Shown: piece after piece, positions 9,337 to 19,268 of the stretch | Layout of the letters: each line of letters starts with the position of its first letter | Position numbering within the stretch: position 1 is the stretch's first letter | From: Bradymonadia bacterium | GTDB taxonomy: Bacteria > Myxococcota_A > Bradymonadia > UBA7976 > UBA1532 | Length of the DNA: 64,000 bases | NCBI GenBank assembly: GCA_046290225.1 | Contig: JBKAGE010000075.1 | Coordinates: forward strand, 1 to 64,000 | Direction of reading: 5' to 3' | Position numbers and translations under genes: made by a program | The notes under the pieces: generated by a model | Database searches by the model: none | What the model saw: the letters and a program-made list of their open reading frames with translations, nothing else | Told to the model about the DNA's origin: nothing

Positions 9337-10533
9337 TCACTCAGCGGTCGGTGTTTTCTCTGGCCAGGTGAAGACAAAGCGCGCACCCCCGAGAGGGGAT
9401 GCTTCGCAGTGCACTCTGCCGCCCATTGCTGTCACTCGTTTACGTACGAAAGACAACCCCATCCCCGTGGCCTCGCGCTCATCCTTGCGCTTGAGAGTCC
9501 GGAAGACCTCGAAGATGGCCTCACGTTGTGATTCAGGTACGCCAGGGCCGTCATCATCCACACTGAAGTGCCACATACCCTCGATGCACACACCGTCGAT
9601 GCGGATCTGCCCTGTGGGGCCGGTGTGGTGGGCGATGGCATTGGCAATGAGGTTGGTGAGTACCTGTTGCAGCGCTGCAGGGGCCGTGTAGAGCGTCGGC
9701 AGCTGCTCGCCCCATGTGATGTTGAGATGCGTGGGTGGGTGGAGCAGCGTCACGATCTCGCTCAACATTGCGCTGATGTCGACGCGTTGCAGATTCGGCG
9801 ACGCTGTGCCCATGCGCGCATAGTCGAGGAGCGCTGTGAGCATCGCCTCCATGCGATCGATCCGCCCCACCATCAGTTGCATGAGGCTCCGGCTTTCGTC
9901 ATCGAGCGTCGAGTCGAGGTTCTCTTCCAGGATGTCGAGGAGCAGTTTCACTCCCCGAAGGGGCGCTTTGAGGTCGTGTGAGGCGGCATAGGCAAATTGC
10001 TCAAGGTCGGCGTTCGTTGCCTTGAGCGTTTGCGCCTGTTGTTCGAGTTGAGTGTTCTTCGACGAGAGCTCACTCAATGTATGGGTGAGTTGTTGCTCAG
10101 CCTCTTTGAGCGCAGTGATGTCGTTGTGGGCGCCGAGAATACGCACCGCGTTGCCGTGCTCGTCTCTCAACGCCAGACCTCGACAGCGCACCCAGACCGT
10201 CGAGCCGTCTCGATGTCGATATCGGACGACCTGGTCATAGGGGTGACTGGGGTCTTCACAGTGTCGCTGCAAGTTCTCCAGGGCTACCTTCAAATCATCA
10301 GGGTGGATGTTCGCCTGCCACCATGTGGAGTCATTGACGATCTCGTGGTCCTCGTACCCGAAGAGTCGCTTGAACTTCGGATCCATCCACTCTTCTTCAG
10401 GCCGAGTGGCATCCCAGAACCAGATGCCATCCAGGGTGCCTTCCTTGAGAAAATTGAAGATGGTGGGATCAGCCTGCAGGCGAGCGTAGAGCTCCGTCTT
10501 CAGATAGTGCGGATCAGACACGGGCTCAATCAC
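9337..10533 (-). CDS. Cytoplasmic PAS sensor histidine kinase
   Basis: PAS/PAC (IHPDD, RHRDGSTVWVRCRG), H-box FAYAASHDLKAPL, N-box NLIANAI, DDDGPG, TGMGL. Confidence 0.9.
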   Translation of the reverse strand: MIEPVSDPHYLKTELYARLQADPTIFNFLKEGTLDGIWFWDATRPEEEWMDPKFKRLFGYEDHEIVNDSTWWQANIHPDDLKVALENLQRHCEDPSHPYDQVVRYRHRDGSTVWVRCRGLALRDEHGNAVRILGAHNDITALKEAEQQLTHTLSELSSKNTQLEQQAQTLKATNADLEQFAYAASHDLKAPLRGVKLLLDILEENLDSTLDDESRSLMQLMVGRIDRMEAMLTALLDYARMGTASPNLQRVDISAMLSEIVTLLHPPTHLNITWGEQLPTLYTAPAALQQVLTNLIANAIAHHTGPTGQIRIDGVCIEGMWHFSVDDDGPGVPESQREAIFEVFRTLKRKDEREATGMGLSFVRKRVTAMGGRVHCEASPLGGARFVFTWPEKTPTAE

Positions 10534-10641
10534 CTTCTATGGCGGGTCCAAGAGACATGAAATGCCTCCAGTCATTTCACCGAAATGTGAATGTGGCCCA
10601 AATCGGGTCGTTTGGAAACAAACTCAAACCAGGTGACTGGC

Positions 10642-13600
10642 TTAGAAAGCTCCGCCAGCGATCATGTAGGCCATGAGGTTGCGACTGATGTCGGTGAAGC
10701 CGTTGTCGGTGTCCTGCCAGTCGATGTCCACCAGCCAGAGGCGGCCGGCGCCGAGATCGGCGTAACCGAAGGCGGCGTTGTTGGCATCCCAGCCCCCGAG
10801 GGGCACCACGTTGGGGAACCCGTTGACGCTGAAGCCGCAGCCGGACTGGTTGGCGGCGATGGGCTCGAAGCGGTTGTCCGCCCAGAAGGGGTCTTGCGGG
10901 GTGAACTGCACCACGGGCTGCACGTTGTCGCGGCACGAGCCGTTCCGGCGTCCCTGGGCCACATTGGCGTTGAACACGAAGTTATAGACGGTGTGGCTGA
11001 TGTTGTACTCCGTGAGCACTTGGCCACCCTCTTCGATATAGGTGCGGATCGCTGCGGCCTGGGCTTGGGCCTGCCCCACGCCAGAGCGCGAGATCAACAT
11101 GGCTTGGGTGTCGGCGTTGGGTACGCAGCCTTCCTGTACCTGGATCTCCGCCTCGGCCAGCTCGCCGCGGATGAACTCGGCGACGTTGCGGCTCGAGCGG
11201 CCACAGCGCAACACGATGGGCCGTAGATCGCCACAGCGGCCTTCGAGGCACTCCACACCCTCACCACAGGCTCGACCACAGCGTCCGCAGTGGTCAGGGT
11301 TGCTCACCAGATCGGTGCAGACTTCGTCACAGAACCCGTAGCCTTCCTGCTCACAGACATCGCCCTGAGCTGCACACCCCGGATCATCGGGCCAGTCGGT
11401 GTCGCCGTCTTCGTCGTTGTCTTCACCATCAGCACAGAAGGGCGCCACCTCGAGATCGGTCTCGTCATCATCGCGGGCATCGGTACAGCCCACGTCGGCG
11501 AGGTCGACGACACCGTCATCGTCGTTGTCCACGCCGTCGGCGCACCGAGGCAGGACCGGGCCGTCAAGGCGCTCCTGGGTGTCGGCGGCGAAGCGGCAAC
11601 CGGGATCATCGGGGAAGTCGATGCGGTTGTTGTTGTCGTCATCGCGGCCATTGGCGCACTGGGGCGCGAAGTTTGGATCGGTCTCGTCGTTGTCACCGGC
11701 GGCGACACAGCCTGGCTCTCGGGGGAAGTCGGTGATGCCGTCTTCGTCGTCGTCGATGCCATTGCTGCAGGCGGCGAGGACCTCAGGGTCAGCCTCGGTG
11801 CGATCGCCGGCGGCGATGCAACCTGGGTCGAAGGGGTAATCCACGAGGCCATCGCGATCGTTGTCGATCTGGTCGAAGCACTCGGGCTCCACCTCGTCGT
11901 CGATCTCGCTCAGATCTCCAGGGGCGGCGCAGCCCGGATCGTTGGGGAAGTCGTTGAGGCCGTCCTGATCGTCGTCCAGGCGGTTGCTGCAGCGTGTGCG
12001 GACCTCTTCCTCCAGCGGATCACCAGCGGCGAAGCAGCCAGGGTCGAGCGGGTAGTCTGCGATGCCCGACTCGTCGTCGTCGATGCCGTTGCTGCACGCC
12101 GGTGCTTCTTCAGGATCGGTCTCGTCGAGATCACCCTTTGTGGCGCAGCCAGGATCGTCTGGGAAGTCCACGAGGCCGTCATTGTCGTTGTCGACCCCAT
12201 CAAAGCACAGCGACGCAGGATCACCAGGACCCGGGTCACGCTCATCTTCGTCTTCGGCATCAGTGCAGCCGAGATCGTCGGCGTCGGTGAAGCCGTCCTC
12301 GTCGTTGTCGAGCTCGTCGCTGCAGCCTGGGGGCAGGCGCTCTGAGGTGACCGTCAAGCGGAAGTTCGTGCCCGCAGCGAAGCGGGAATCCACGAAGACG
12401 AAGTAGTCACCAGGGGCGGCGCGATCGAGGGTGACCGTACCTTTCTCACCGGCATTGCCGCCGCCACAACCCAGCTCGGTGAGGATGCGATCACACGTGG
12501 TGCGCACGTGGACCAGGGTGTCAGGATCAGTGGCGTCGTTGTCGACGCTGAAGGTAAGTCGGGCGTTGAAGCGGTTGGTATAGAGATAGATGCGCTCCGG
12601 GCCGCCGTTGCCACCGCAGTTGCCCGCAAATCGGCGCTCTCTGTCGGTGTTCGACCCCTGAACGGCCTCCTGGCCAATGGGGAAGAGGTCAAAGCGCACG
12701 CCGGGGCCACAGAGATCGGCCTCGCTCAGGGCAGAAGCCGCGGTGCAGCCAGGGTCGAGGGGCCAGTCGATGAGGCCGTCTTCGTCGTTGTCGACGCCAT
12801 CGGCGCAGATCGGGGGCACCTCGGGATCAGTCTCGTCACGATCGTCTGGTTGAGTGCAGCCCGGATCCTCGGGGAAGTCGATGAGGCCGTCATTGTCGTC
12901 GTCGAGGGTGTTCAGGCATGCCGCCTCGGGCACCTCTTCCACCGTGATGACGAAGTCGCCGCCAATGCCTGTGGCGCCATCGACGAAGATGTAATACGTC
13001 CCCGGCGACACCGTCTCGAGGCGCAGGGTGTTGCCCGCGACCTCGTCCACTGGCTCCCGGGCGCAGGCCAGCTCAGATGCGCCGTTCAGGCAATCAGAGC
13101 GCACGTAGAGCACCGACTCGAGCTCAGTCTCTTCGTGCTCGGTCGTGATCACCAGGGCCTCGAGTGGGGTCTGCACGATGTAGGTGTAGACCACCTCTGG
13201 GGCGCCGGTGCCGCCGCAGCTGCCTTCAGCGTTGAAGGAGCCACCCGCTGTGGTGCCTGTGAGGGGCTCGCCGTTGTCGAGGTAGACCTCGGGCCAGGAT
13301 TCACCGCAGGCCCCAAGCTCGCGGGCGTCTGCTGCTGATTCACAGCCGGGATCATTGGGGTAGTCGGTCAAGCCATCGCGATCGTTGTCGCGATCGTCAC
13401 TGCATTGTGGCGCCACCATCGGGTCGGTCTCGTCGCGGTCTCCCGTGCCGGCGCAGCCGGGATCGATGGGGTAGTCGACGAAGCCGTCGCCATCATTGTC
13501 CACCCCGTCGACGCAGGCCGGCGGGTTGGGGGGATCATCCTCGTCGGGATCACCAGCGGCGCTGCAGCCGGGATCACGGGGGAAGTCGATGAGCCCGTCG

Positions 13601-14190
13601 ACATCATCGTCGATGGTGTTGGCGCACCCGGGCAACTCGTCGGGATCGTTCTCCCGAGGGTCTGCAACGCTGGTGCAGCCAGGATCGGCGATGTCCACCT
13701 TGCCGTCGTTGTCGTCGTCGAGGCCGTTGGCGCATGCCGGCAGCAGGCTCGACCCGTCGTTGAACTCGTCATTGTCGAGGGGGGATCCACAGCCGGGATC
13801 AGCTGGGAAGTCGGTGAAGCCGTCAGCGTCGTTGTCCAGCCCGTCGTTACACGCCGGAACCGGGGGGTCGGTCTCGTCGTTGTCTCGGGCGGCGTCACAG
13901 CCAGGATCATCGAGATCGACGAGACCGTCGTCGTCGTTATCGATGCCATCATTACAGGCCGCAGGTGGGGCCGCATCTGGAGGTGGGGCGGCGTCGGGCA
14001 GACCTCCAGCCGCACCCCCTGTACCGCCTGCGCCACCTGCACCACCCATCATCACACCGCCGGTGGACATATCAGGTGAAGCAGCCTCTTCAGCGTCGTC
14101 ACACCCCGAGATCACACAGCCTGCCAGCAACAGACAGAAGAGGCCCCCAATCGGCAGCGGGCGGCCTCTGACAATACGCTCGTACAACAC
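10642..14190 (-). CDS. Large secreted Cys/Asp-rich repeat lipoprotein
   Basis: Hydrophobic signal ending LAGC; Gly/Pro linker; 17 repeats of C-x-(D/N)GxDxDxDGxxDxxxDPGC counted by eye; two PPC-like beta domains (YYIFVDG, YFVFVDS); Cys-rich module NPDHCGRCGRAC. Confidence 0.85.
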   Translation of the reverse strand: MLYERIVRGRPLPIGGLFCLLLAGCVISGCDDAEEAASPDMSTGGVMMGGAGGAGGTGGAAGGLPDAAPPPDAAPPAACNDGIDNDDDGLVDLDDPGCDAARDNDETDPPVPACNDGLDNDADGFTDFPADPGCGSPLDNDEFNDGSSLLPACANGLDDDNDGKVDIADPGCTSVADPRENDPDELPGCANTIDDDVDGLIDFPRDPGCSAAGDPDEDDPPNPPACVDGVDNDGDGFVDYPIDPGCAGTGDRDETDPMVAPQCSDDRDNDRDGLTDYPNDPGCESAADARELGACGESWPEVYLDNGEPLTGTTAGGSFNAEGSCGGTGAPEVVYTYIVQTPLEALVITTEHEETELESVLYVRSDCLNGASELACAREPVDEVAGNTLRLETVSPGTYYIFVDGATGIGGDFVITVEEVPEAACLNTLDDDNDGLIDFPEDPGCTQPDDRDETDPEVPPICADGVDNDEDGLIDWPLDPGCTAASALSEADLCGPGVRFDLFPIGQEAVQGSNTDRERRFAGNCGGNGGPERIYLYTNRFNARLTFSVDNDATDPDTLVHVRTTCDRILTELGCGGGNAGEKGTVTLDRAAPGDYFVFVDSRFAAGTNFRLTVTSERLPPGCSDELDNDEDGFTDADDLGCTDAEDEDERDPGPGDPASLCFDGVDNDNDGLVDFPDDPGCATKGDLDETDPEEAPACSNGIDDDESGIADYPLDPGCFAAGDPLEEEVRTRCSNRLDDDQDGLNDFPNDPGCAAPGDLSEIDDEVEPECFDQIDNDRDGLVDYPFDPGCIAAGDRTEADPEVLAACSNGIDDDEDGITDFPREPGCVAAGDNDETDPNFAPQCANGRDDDNNNRIDFPDDPGCRFAADTQERLDGPVLPRCADGVDNDDDGVVDLADVGCTDARDDDETDLEVAPFCADGEDNDEDGDTDWPDDPGCAAQGDVCEQEGYGFCDEVCTDLVSNPDHCGRCGRACGEGVECLEGRCGDLRPIVLRCGRSSRNVAEFIRGELAEAEIQVQEGCVPNADTQAMLISRSGVGQAQAQAAAIRTYIEEGGQVLTEYNISHTVYNFVFNANVAQGRRNGSCRDNVQPVVQFTPQDPFWADNRFEPIAANQSGCGFSVNGFPNVVPLGGWDANNAAFGYADLGAGRLWLVDIDWQDTDNGFTDISRNLMAYMIAGGAF

Positions 14191-14288
14191 GTCTGGCCCT
14201 TCGTACGTCGAGATCGGAGCGTCGACGATACGGCTCCCCAGGAGTCGAGAGCAAGGTCGGTGGTGTAGAGGGCGGAATCTACCCTCTG

Positions 14289-16112
14289 CTACTCGCGGTC
14301 GCTCTTGCGTGCAGCGGCTCGGGTGGGGCCGAGGACTTTGGAGGGGGTCGACGGCTTCTTGGAGCCGGTTTCGTCCTTGGCCTCGGACGCTTCGAGGGCA
14401 GAAGGATCGTTCTTGTTGCCGGCGTCTCCAGGCGTTTTGCTGGTGCGCTTCTTGTCGGACGTCTTCGGTGACTTGCTCGACTTCTTGCCCTTCGCCCGAT
14501 CGTCACCTGCGGCACGGATGCGGTCGACATCGAGCAGGTCGTCGTAGTGCCCTGTGTTCATCTTCCAGATGGCGGCGAAGCGCTCACTGCTCCAGATCGG
14601 TCCGCGCGTGATCAGAGAGAGCGCCTCGTTGTACTCCGCTACCCCTTTGTCGACGAAGTGGGGCTTTCCAGTGGACAGCGTCTTTTTGTAGCCCTTGGGC
14701 GTCAGCCGGATCACGTGGCCGATGCGCCATTTCTTCTCATCTCGAGGGGGCATGCGGGCGAGGAGCGGATCGCCCAGGGCGTAGACGTCGACGATGTGCA
14801 CGTCGGGCCCGGCGAGGAAGCCCATGTAGCCGATGGTGCCAGCGTAGTGCACCTTCGTCTTGCGCTTGGCGAGCTTGCGGCCCTCTTTGGCGTACTTGTT
14901 CGAAGGCAGCTGGCGACCACGACCCATGGCCATGAGACTGGCGTACTTGAAATACACCGCGCGCTCGTCGGCTACGCCACGATGATCCACCTTGCGAGCG
15001 TCTTCACCGTAGGTCCCGTCGCTGGTGAGGGTGGGGCCAGGCACCACAAAGCCCAGAGCGAGGACCGCGGCGCCGGCGGCGAGCAAGAAGCGGGGTGGGT
15101 TGAGGACTGGCTGACGCATCAGCAGGGCGACGCTCACCAGCAATGGCCCCGCGAAGAAGCGCCCCGACATGAAGTCGCCGCCGATGTAGACGATGTAGAG
15201 CAGGTACAACACACAACCGATGGCCCAGGGCAACATGGACCACATGCGTTGCATGAAGGTCAGGGCCAGGCTGCCAGCGATGACCACGAAGGTCACCGGA
15301 TCGGTGTCGAGCAGGTTGGCGTAATAGAAGAAGCCCTGCTGCAGCCGAGCCCCGAGGGGAATGCCGGTGCTCAACTTGGCGTAGGCGGTGTTGGGGAACA
15401 GGAAGCCGTAATAGATCAGGGAGAAGATCTCCCAACAGATCATGGGCGTCATCGCCAGCAGCATCACCCCGATGCTCTTGAGGCGGCCCGGCGTGCGCCA
15501 CCAGTACCAGATCACCGCTGGAGCGAAGAATGCCCCGGTGTCGAGCCGATTGAAGATCGACAGCCCGGCGATGAAGGTCAGCCAGAAGAGATGCTTGCGC
15601 GGCCCGGGCGCGTGGGCCAGGGCGTACCAGATGCCCACCCCCAACAACAGATGGGTGAGGGGGTTCTCCAGACCCGAGGTGGAGTAATCCACGAAAGCGC
15701 GCGAAACCAGCAGCGCCGTGAGGCCCAGCATGGCGTGGCCCGGGGTGAGAGCCACTCGACGGGCGAGCCACCAGACCGCCACCATCGAGGTGGTGATGCT
15801 CAACAACAGGGTCGCCGTCAGCGGGTGGCGGAGCACGCCGTAGACCATCGACAACAGGAACATCCAGAGCGGGTGAGTGTACGACTGTACGCGCTCGCCC
15901 GTGTTCCAACGCAGACCGTGCCCTTCGACGAAGTTGTCCACGGTGCGCAGGGTGATGAAGGCGTCGTCCGAAACCCAGGCGGTGCGCAGGAGGACCACCA
16001 GGAACAGCACCAGCAGGACCATGGGCCCCGCCATGGGGTGCAGCCCCTCACGAGGAGGCTGATCGGTACGCCACTGAGGGCGTCGAAGCCAGCGGGGTGC
16101 GCTCAGCTGCAT
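14289..16112 (-). CDS. GT-C fold membrane glycosyltransferase (AftB/arabinofuranosyltransferase-like)
   Basis: WVSDDAFITLRTVDNF..GHGLRWN.GERVQSYTHPLW, STSGLENPL, PNTAYAK, GGDFMSGRFF; many TM segments; Lys-rich tail. Confidence 0.75.
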   Translation of the reverse strand: MQLSAPRWLRRPQWRTDQPPREGLHPMAGPMVLLVLFLVVLLRTAWVSDDAFITLRTVDNFVEGHGLRWNTGERVQSYTHPLWMFLLSMVYGVLRHPLTATLLLSITTSMVAVWWLARRVALTPGHAMLGLTALLVSRAFVDYSTSGLENPLTHLLLGVGIWYALAHAPGPRKHLFWLTFIAGLSIFNRLDTGAFFAPAVIWYWWRTPGRLKSIGVMLLAMTPMICWEIFSLIYYGFLFPNTAYAKLSTGIPLGARLQQGFFYYANLLDTDPVTFVVIAGSLALTFMQRMWSMLPWAIGCVLYLLYIVYIGGDFMSGRFFAGPLLVSVALLMRQPVLNPPRFLLAAGAAVLALGFVVPGPTLTSDGTYGEDARKVDHRGVADERAVYFKYASLMAMGRGRQLPSNKYAKEGRKLAKRKTKVHYAGTIGYMGFLAGPDVHIVDVYALGDPLLARMPPRDEKKWRIGHVIRLTPKGYKKTLSTGKPHFVDKGVAEYNEALSLITRGPIWSSERFAAIWKMNTGHYDDLLDVDRIRAAGDDRAKGKKSSKSPKTSDKKRTSKTPGDAGNKNDPSALEASEAKDETGSKKPSTPSKVLGPTRAAARKSDRE

Positions 16113-16116
16113 GATC

Positions 16117-16539
16117 TCAGCCCTTCGACTGCCTGCTCAGAGCCACCAGGGCATACAACCGGACCTCAGTGAAGGAGAACACCCAGCCTCCGAGATCGGT
16201 GATGCGGTTGACCTCTAGATCGGCAGTATGTCGCTCAGCGACGCGTGCTTTGAGGGCCTTGGCGTCTGTGGCGAGGTTTGCCGGGCGCTCGGATCCGAGC
16301 ACGCTGTCTACGAGGGTGGCGTAGGTGATCTTGTCCTTTTGAGTCTCGAGCCAGGCGTTGCCGATGCGCGCCGCGGCATCGGCGGCCTCACGGCTCGATG
16401 CGAGGGCGGTGACCTCGGGGGTCACGGGCCCTGGATCATGCTTGCCGCTACAGCCTGCGGCGAGGAGGGCCAGGCCGCCGGCGGCGAGGACGGACTCCAG
16501 CAAGAATGCGCGGCGACTCGGAGTGTGCTGGGCCTTCAT
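16117..16539 (-). CDS. Small Tat-signal (lipo)protein, probable partner subunit of the GMC oxidoreductase
   Basis: SRRAFL twin-arginine motif, hydrophobic core ending AAGC; ATGA overlap with the GMC gene stop. Confidence 0.7.
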   Translation of the reverse strand: MKAQHTPSRRAFLLESVLAAGGLALLAAGCSGKHDPGPVTPEVTALASSREAADAAARIGNAWLETQKDKITYATLVDSVLGSERPANLATDAKALKARVAERHTADLEVNRITDLGGWVFSFTEVRLYALVALSRQSKG

Positions 16540-18092
16540 GAGAGCTTCCCCTTGAGATGATCAGCGAGCTTCAATGCCAGAGCCACGATGGTGAGGGTGG
16601 GGTTCGCCGCGCCGCCGGTGGTGAAGACCGAGCTGCCAGCGATGGAGAGGTTCTCCACCCCGTGGACCGTGCAATGTTGATCGACGACACCAGACTTGGA
16701 GTCTGACGCCATTCTCGTGGTGCCCATGTGGTGCCAGCCGCCATGCATCTGTTTGGGCCAGCTCTTCTCGTCGTCGTCGAGGGTGACCTTCATCCGGCCC
16801 AGGCCCGCCCGAGCGACGGTGAGGGCCATCAGTTCGTGGGCTCGCTTGATCGAGCGCTTGTCGATGTCGGACATGCGCCAGTCCAGGGCGATGCGAGGCA
16901 TGCCCAGGGGATCTTTTTCGTCGGAGAGGGTCACCCGGCTGTCGGGGTTTGGGGCCTGCTCGCTCGGCGTGCCCAGCGTCAGCAACAGAGGACCGTCCTT
17001 CGGGGGCGCCGGCGGCGGCTCGTCGAGCAGAGTATCGGTCTCTGCCACGGCCTGGGCCACAGCCTCGGTGAGCGGGTGGGCAGGCTTTTTGCCCCTTGGC
17101 TTGTAGGGGAACAGCACCATGGAGAAGTTGAGCATCTTCTCCTTCTTGATGAGGGCGTCAGGGGCTTGGAACATGCCCCAGATGCGGGCGCCCCGGGCGC
17201 GGTGCACTTTGTAGAAGCCCCAGTCCCGAAGGTGAGGTGAGGCGACGAGCACACCTTCGCCGTCGGTGTGAGGGTGCTCCATGAAGAAGCGACCCACGAG
17301 ATCGTTGTCGTTGCCCACACCCTTGGGATTCACATCCTTCGAGGCCAGCATGATGCGGGGGTTCTCGAGGCCGCCCGTGGCGAGCACATAGTGCCGGGCC
17401 TTCACCTTGAAGCCAGGTCCGTCGATGACCTTGACGTCGAGCTCTTCCAGGGCCCCTCCACCTGCGGCGAGCCCCAGACGGGTCACGTTGGCGTGGAGCA
17501 GCACCCGCACCGATTCGGAGGTCTTGAAGAGATCACGCCACGCCGTGCCCATCCGGGTGGGCCTGCTCATCTGGAAGATGGCGCTCTCGAGCGGGCCCTT
17601 GCTCAAGTCGAGGGGCAGGCGCTTGCCCGCACCCCACGGCTTCGACCGGTACTCGTACCGCCCCAGATCGAGCAGGCCTTGAGCTCGGGCATAGAAAGGG
17701 TCGAGATCGGCCCGGGTGATGGGCCAGCCACTGTGCGGCAGGTAATCGCGTTTCTCGAAGTCCACCGCCTGCAGTGGCAGACACAAGCCTGCCCAGCAGT
17801 TGGTGGAGCCGCCGAAGTAGCGGGAGCGAGAATCTTCGAGCTTGAAGTAGTTGCGGCCCACCACCTCGCCCTGGTTGAGGGCGTGACTCTTCGGGTCCTT
17901 CTTCAAGCCGCCGCTCTCGAGCAGCACCACCTTCAGAGCAGACTGGTCGAGGAACTGCCGGGCGATGGACATCCCGGCGGCGCCGCCGCCGATGATACAG
18001 AGGTCAGCCTCTACGAGGGCACCTTCAGAGAGTTCGCGAGCGTCCTGAATCACGGGCGGGGCCTTTCCCAGGCCCTGTGGCCCGGCGGTCAA
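16536..18092 (-). CDS. GMC family FAD oxidoreductase
   Basis: DLCIIGGGAAG FAD motif, LLESG, GGSTNCW, GRFFMEH, HHMGTTRM, GSSVFTTGGAANPTLTIVALA. Exact start uncertain (TTG 18092 or GTG ~18053). Confidence 0.9.
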   Translation of the reverse strand: MTAGPQGLGKAPPVIQDARELSEGALVEADLCIIGGGAAGMSIARQFLDQSALKVVLLESGGLKKDPKSHALNQGEVVGRNYFKLEDSRSRYFGGSTNCWAGLCLPLQAVDFEKRDYLPHSGWPITRADLDPFYARAQGLLDLGRYEYRSKPWGAGKRLPLDLSKGPLESAIFQMSRPTRMGTAWRDLFKTSESVRVLLHANVTRLGLAAGGGALEELDVKVIDGPGFKVKARHYVLATGGLENPRIMLASKDVNPKGVGNDNDLVGRFFMEHPHTDGEGVLVASPHLRDWGFYKVHRARGARIWGMFQAPDALIKKEKMLNFSMVLFPYKPRGKKPAHPLTEAVAQAVAETDTLLDEPPPAPPKDGPLLLTLGTPSEQAPNPDSRVTLSDEKDPLGMPRIALDWRMSDIDKRSIKRAHELMALTVARAGLGRMKVTLDDDEKSWPKQMHGGWHHMGTTRMASDSKSGVVDQHCTVHGVENLSIAGSSVFTTGGAANPTLTIVALALKLADHLKGKLS

Positions 18093-18155
18093 ACGCCGGC
18101 GATTAATAGCGGGGGAGCGCTCAAAAGAGCAAGAGGCGGGGCAGGGGGGGCGAGA

Positions 18156-18881
18156 TTACTCGGTGCAGCACTGGATCTCGGCGTTGCCGGGGCACTGGCC
18201 AGCGACCGGGGTGCCGCCAGAGTCCTCGCAGACGCCGCTGTCGATGCAGACACCGGGATCAGTCTCACAGGGGTGATCGACGCAGCAGACGATGTTGTTG
18301 CCGCCAGGGCAAGCACCCTCGACGAGATCGCCACCACAGGTGGTGTTGTCGGTGTTGATGCACACACCATCACGGCCGTCACCCACGCAGGCGCCACCAG
18401 AGCGATCAGGACCGGGGCCGTCATCGCACACGTCGGCGATGCTGTCGGAGGCGATCTCGAGGGTGGTCTCGCAGTCGAGGGCGTCGATGACGTCCTGAGG
18501 ATCGAAGTCGCTGCCACAGGCCGTCATGCAGGCGTTCGCTGCGGCCATCTCGTCGCAGTCCTTAAGGGCATCGGCGCAGACGCCCACCTCGGAGCAGGCA
18601 GCCATGCAGTTCTCTTCGACGCTGCCGCCACCGCCTTCGTTACCAGCACCGCCAGCACCAGCACCACCGCCTTCGTTGCCTGCGCCGCCCATGCCGCCTT
18701 CACCGGCACCAGCGCCTTCGCCGCCGGAACCACCTTCGCCGGCACCAGCGCCTTCGCCGCCACCGCCATCTGCACAGGGACCGACCTCGCAGTCGTCTTC
18801 CTCAACGTCACAGCCAGCGAGGGCCGCGGGGATGCCCATGGCCAGACCGATGATCAGCCACTTCCGGATGATGCTCTTCAT
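18156..18881 (-). CDS. Cys-rich secreted lipoprotein with Gly-rich linker
   Basis: MKSIIRKW..LAGC lipobox; GGEGAGAGEGG repeats; two C-terminal G-x-CPG-xxx-I-x-CC modules; upstream GAGGAG RBS. Confidence 0.8.
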   Translation of the reverse strand: MKSIIRKWLIIGLAMGIPAALAGCDVEEDDCEVGPCADGGGGEGAGAGEGGSGGEGAGAGEGGMGGAGNEGGGAGAGGAGNEGGGGSVEENCMAACSEVGVCADALKDCDEMAAANACMTACGSDFDPQDVIDALDCETTLEIASDSIADVCDDGPGPDRSGGACVGDGRDGVCINTDNTTCGGDLVEGACPGGNNIVCCVDHPCETDPGVCIDSGVCEDSGGTPVAGQCPGNAEIQCCTE

Positions 18882-19268
18882 GATGCCCTACTCCTCATGT
18901 GTCTGCGCCTCTGACAACTCTGCTTTCAAAATACAGCGTCATCCTCCCAAGGCGCGCTCAGGGTCTCGCCCGCAACGGAAACAGAAGACTGCGGGTAACG
19001 TCAATCATTTCTCCCTCAGGAGGCGGGCTCTCTGGCCACGCTCACCCCGAGACGGTGCGGCAAGTACGTCGGCGAGTCGCGCTCTATTCATGAGGCGAAC
19101 AACGTCTTCCACTTTTGTGAAAGAGACCGTGACCCCGAGGGCCTCTGTGTTCACAAGGCACGAGGCGATGAAATGTAAATGCTGCAATGCAGCAAAACAG
19201 GCTTTCAAGGGCTACAACGCTGTGTATACTCCTTGACGCTTTACACCAATGTGCGTCAGGAGCCCGTC

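Noticed and set aside
18640..18770. GCC/ACC-rich tandem-like DNA repeats
   Set aside because: Explained by the Gly/Ala/Glu low-complexity linker of the lipoprotein; not an independent element.
19181..19240. Riboswitch or promoter upstream of the sodium:solute symporter (GCTGCAATGCAGC palindrome, TATACT)
   Set aside because: No recognisable riboswitch consensus, and the promoter-like hexamers are too weak to call by eye.
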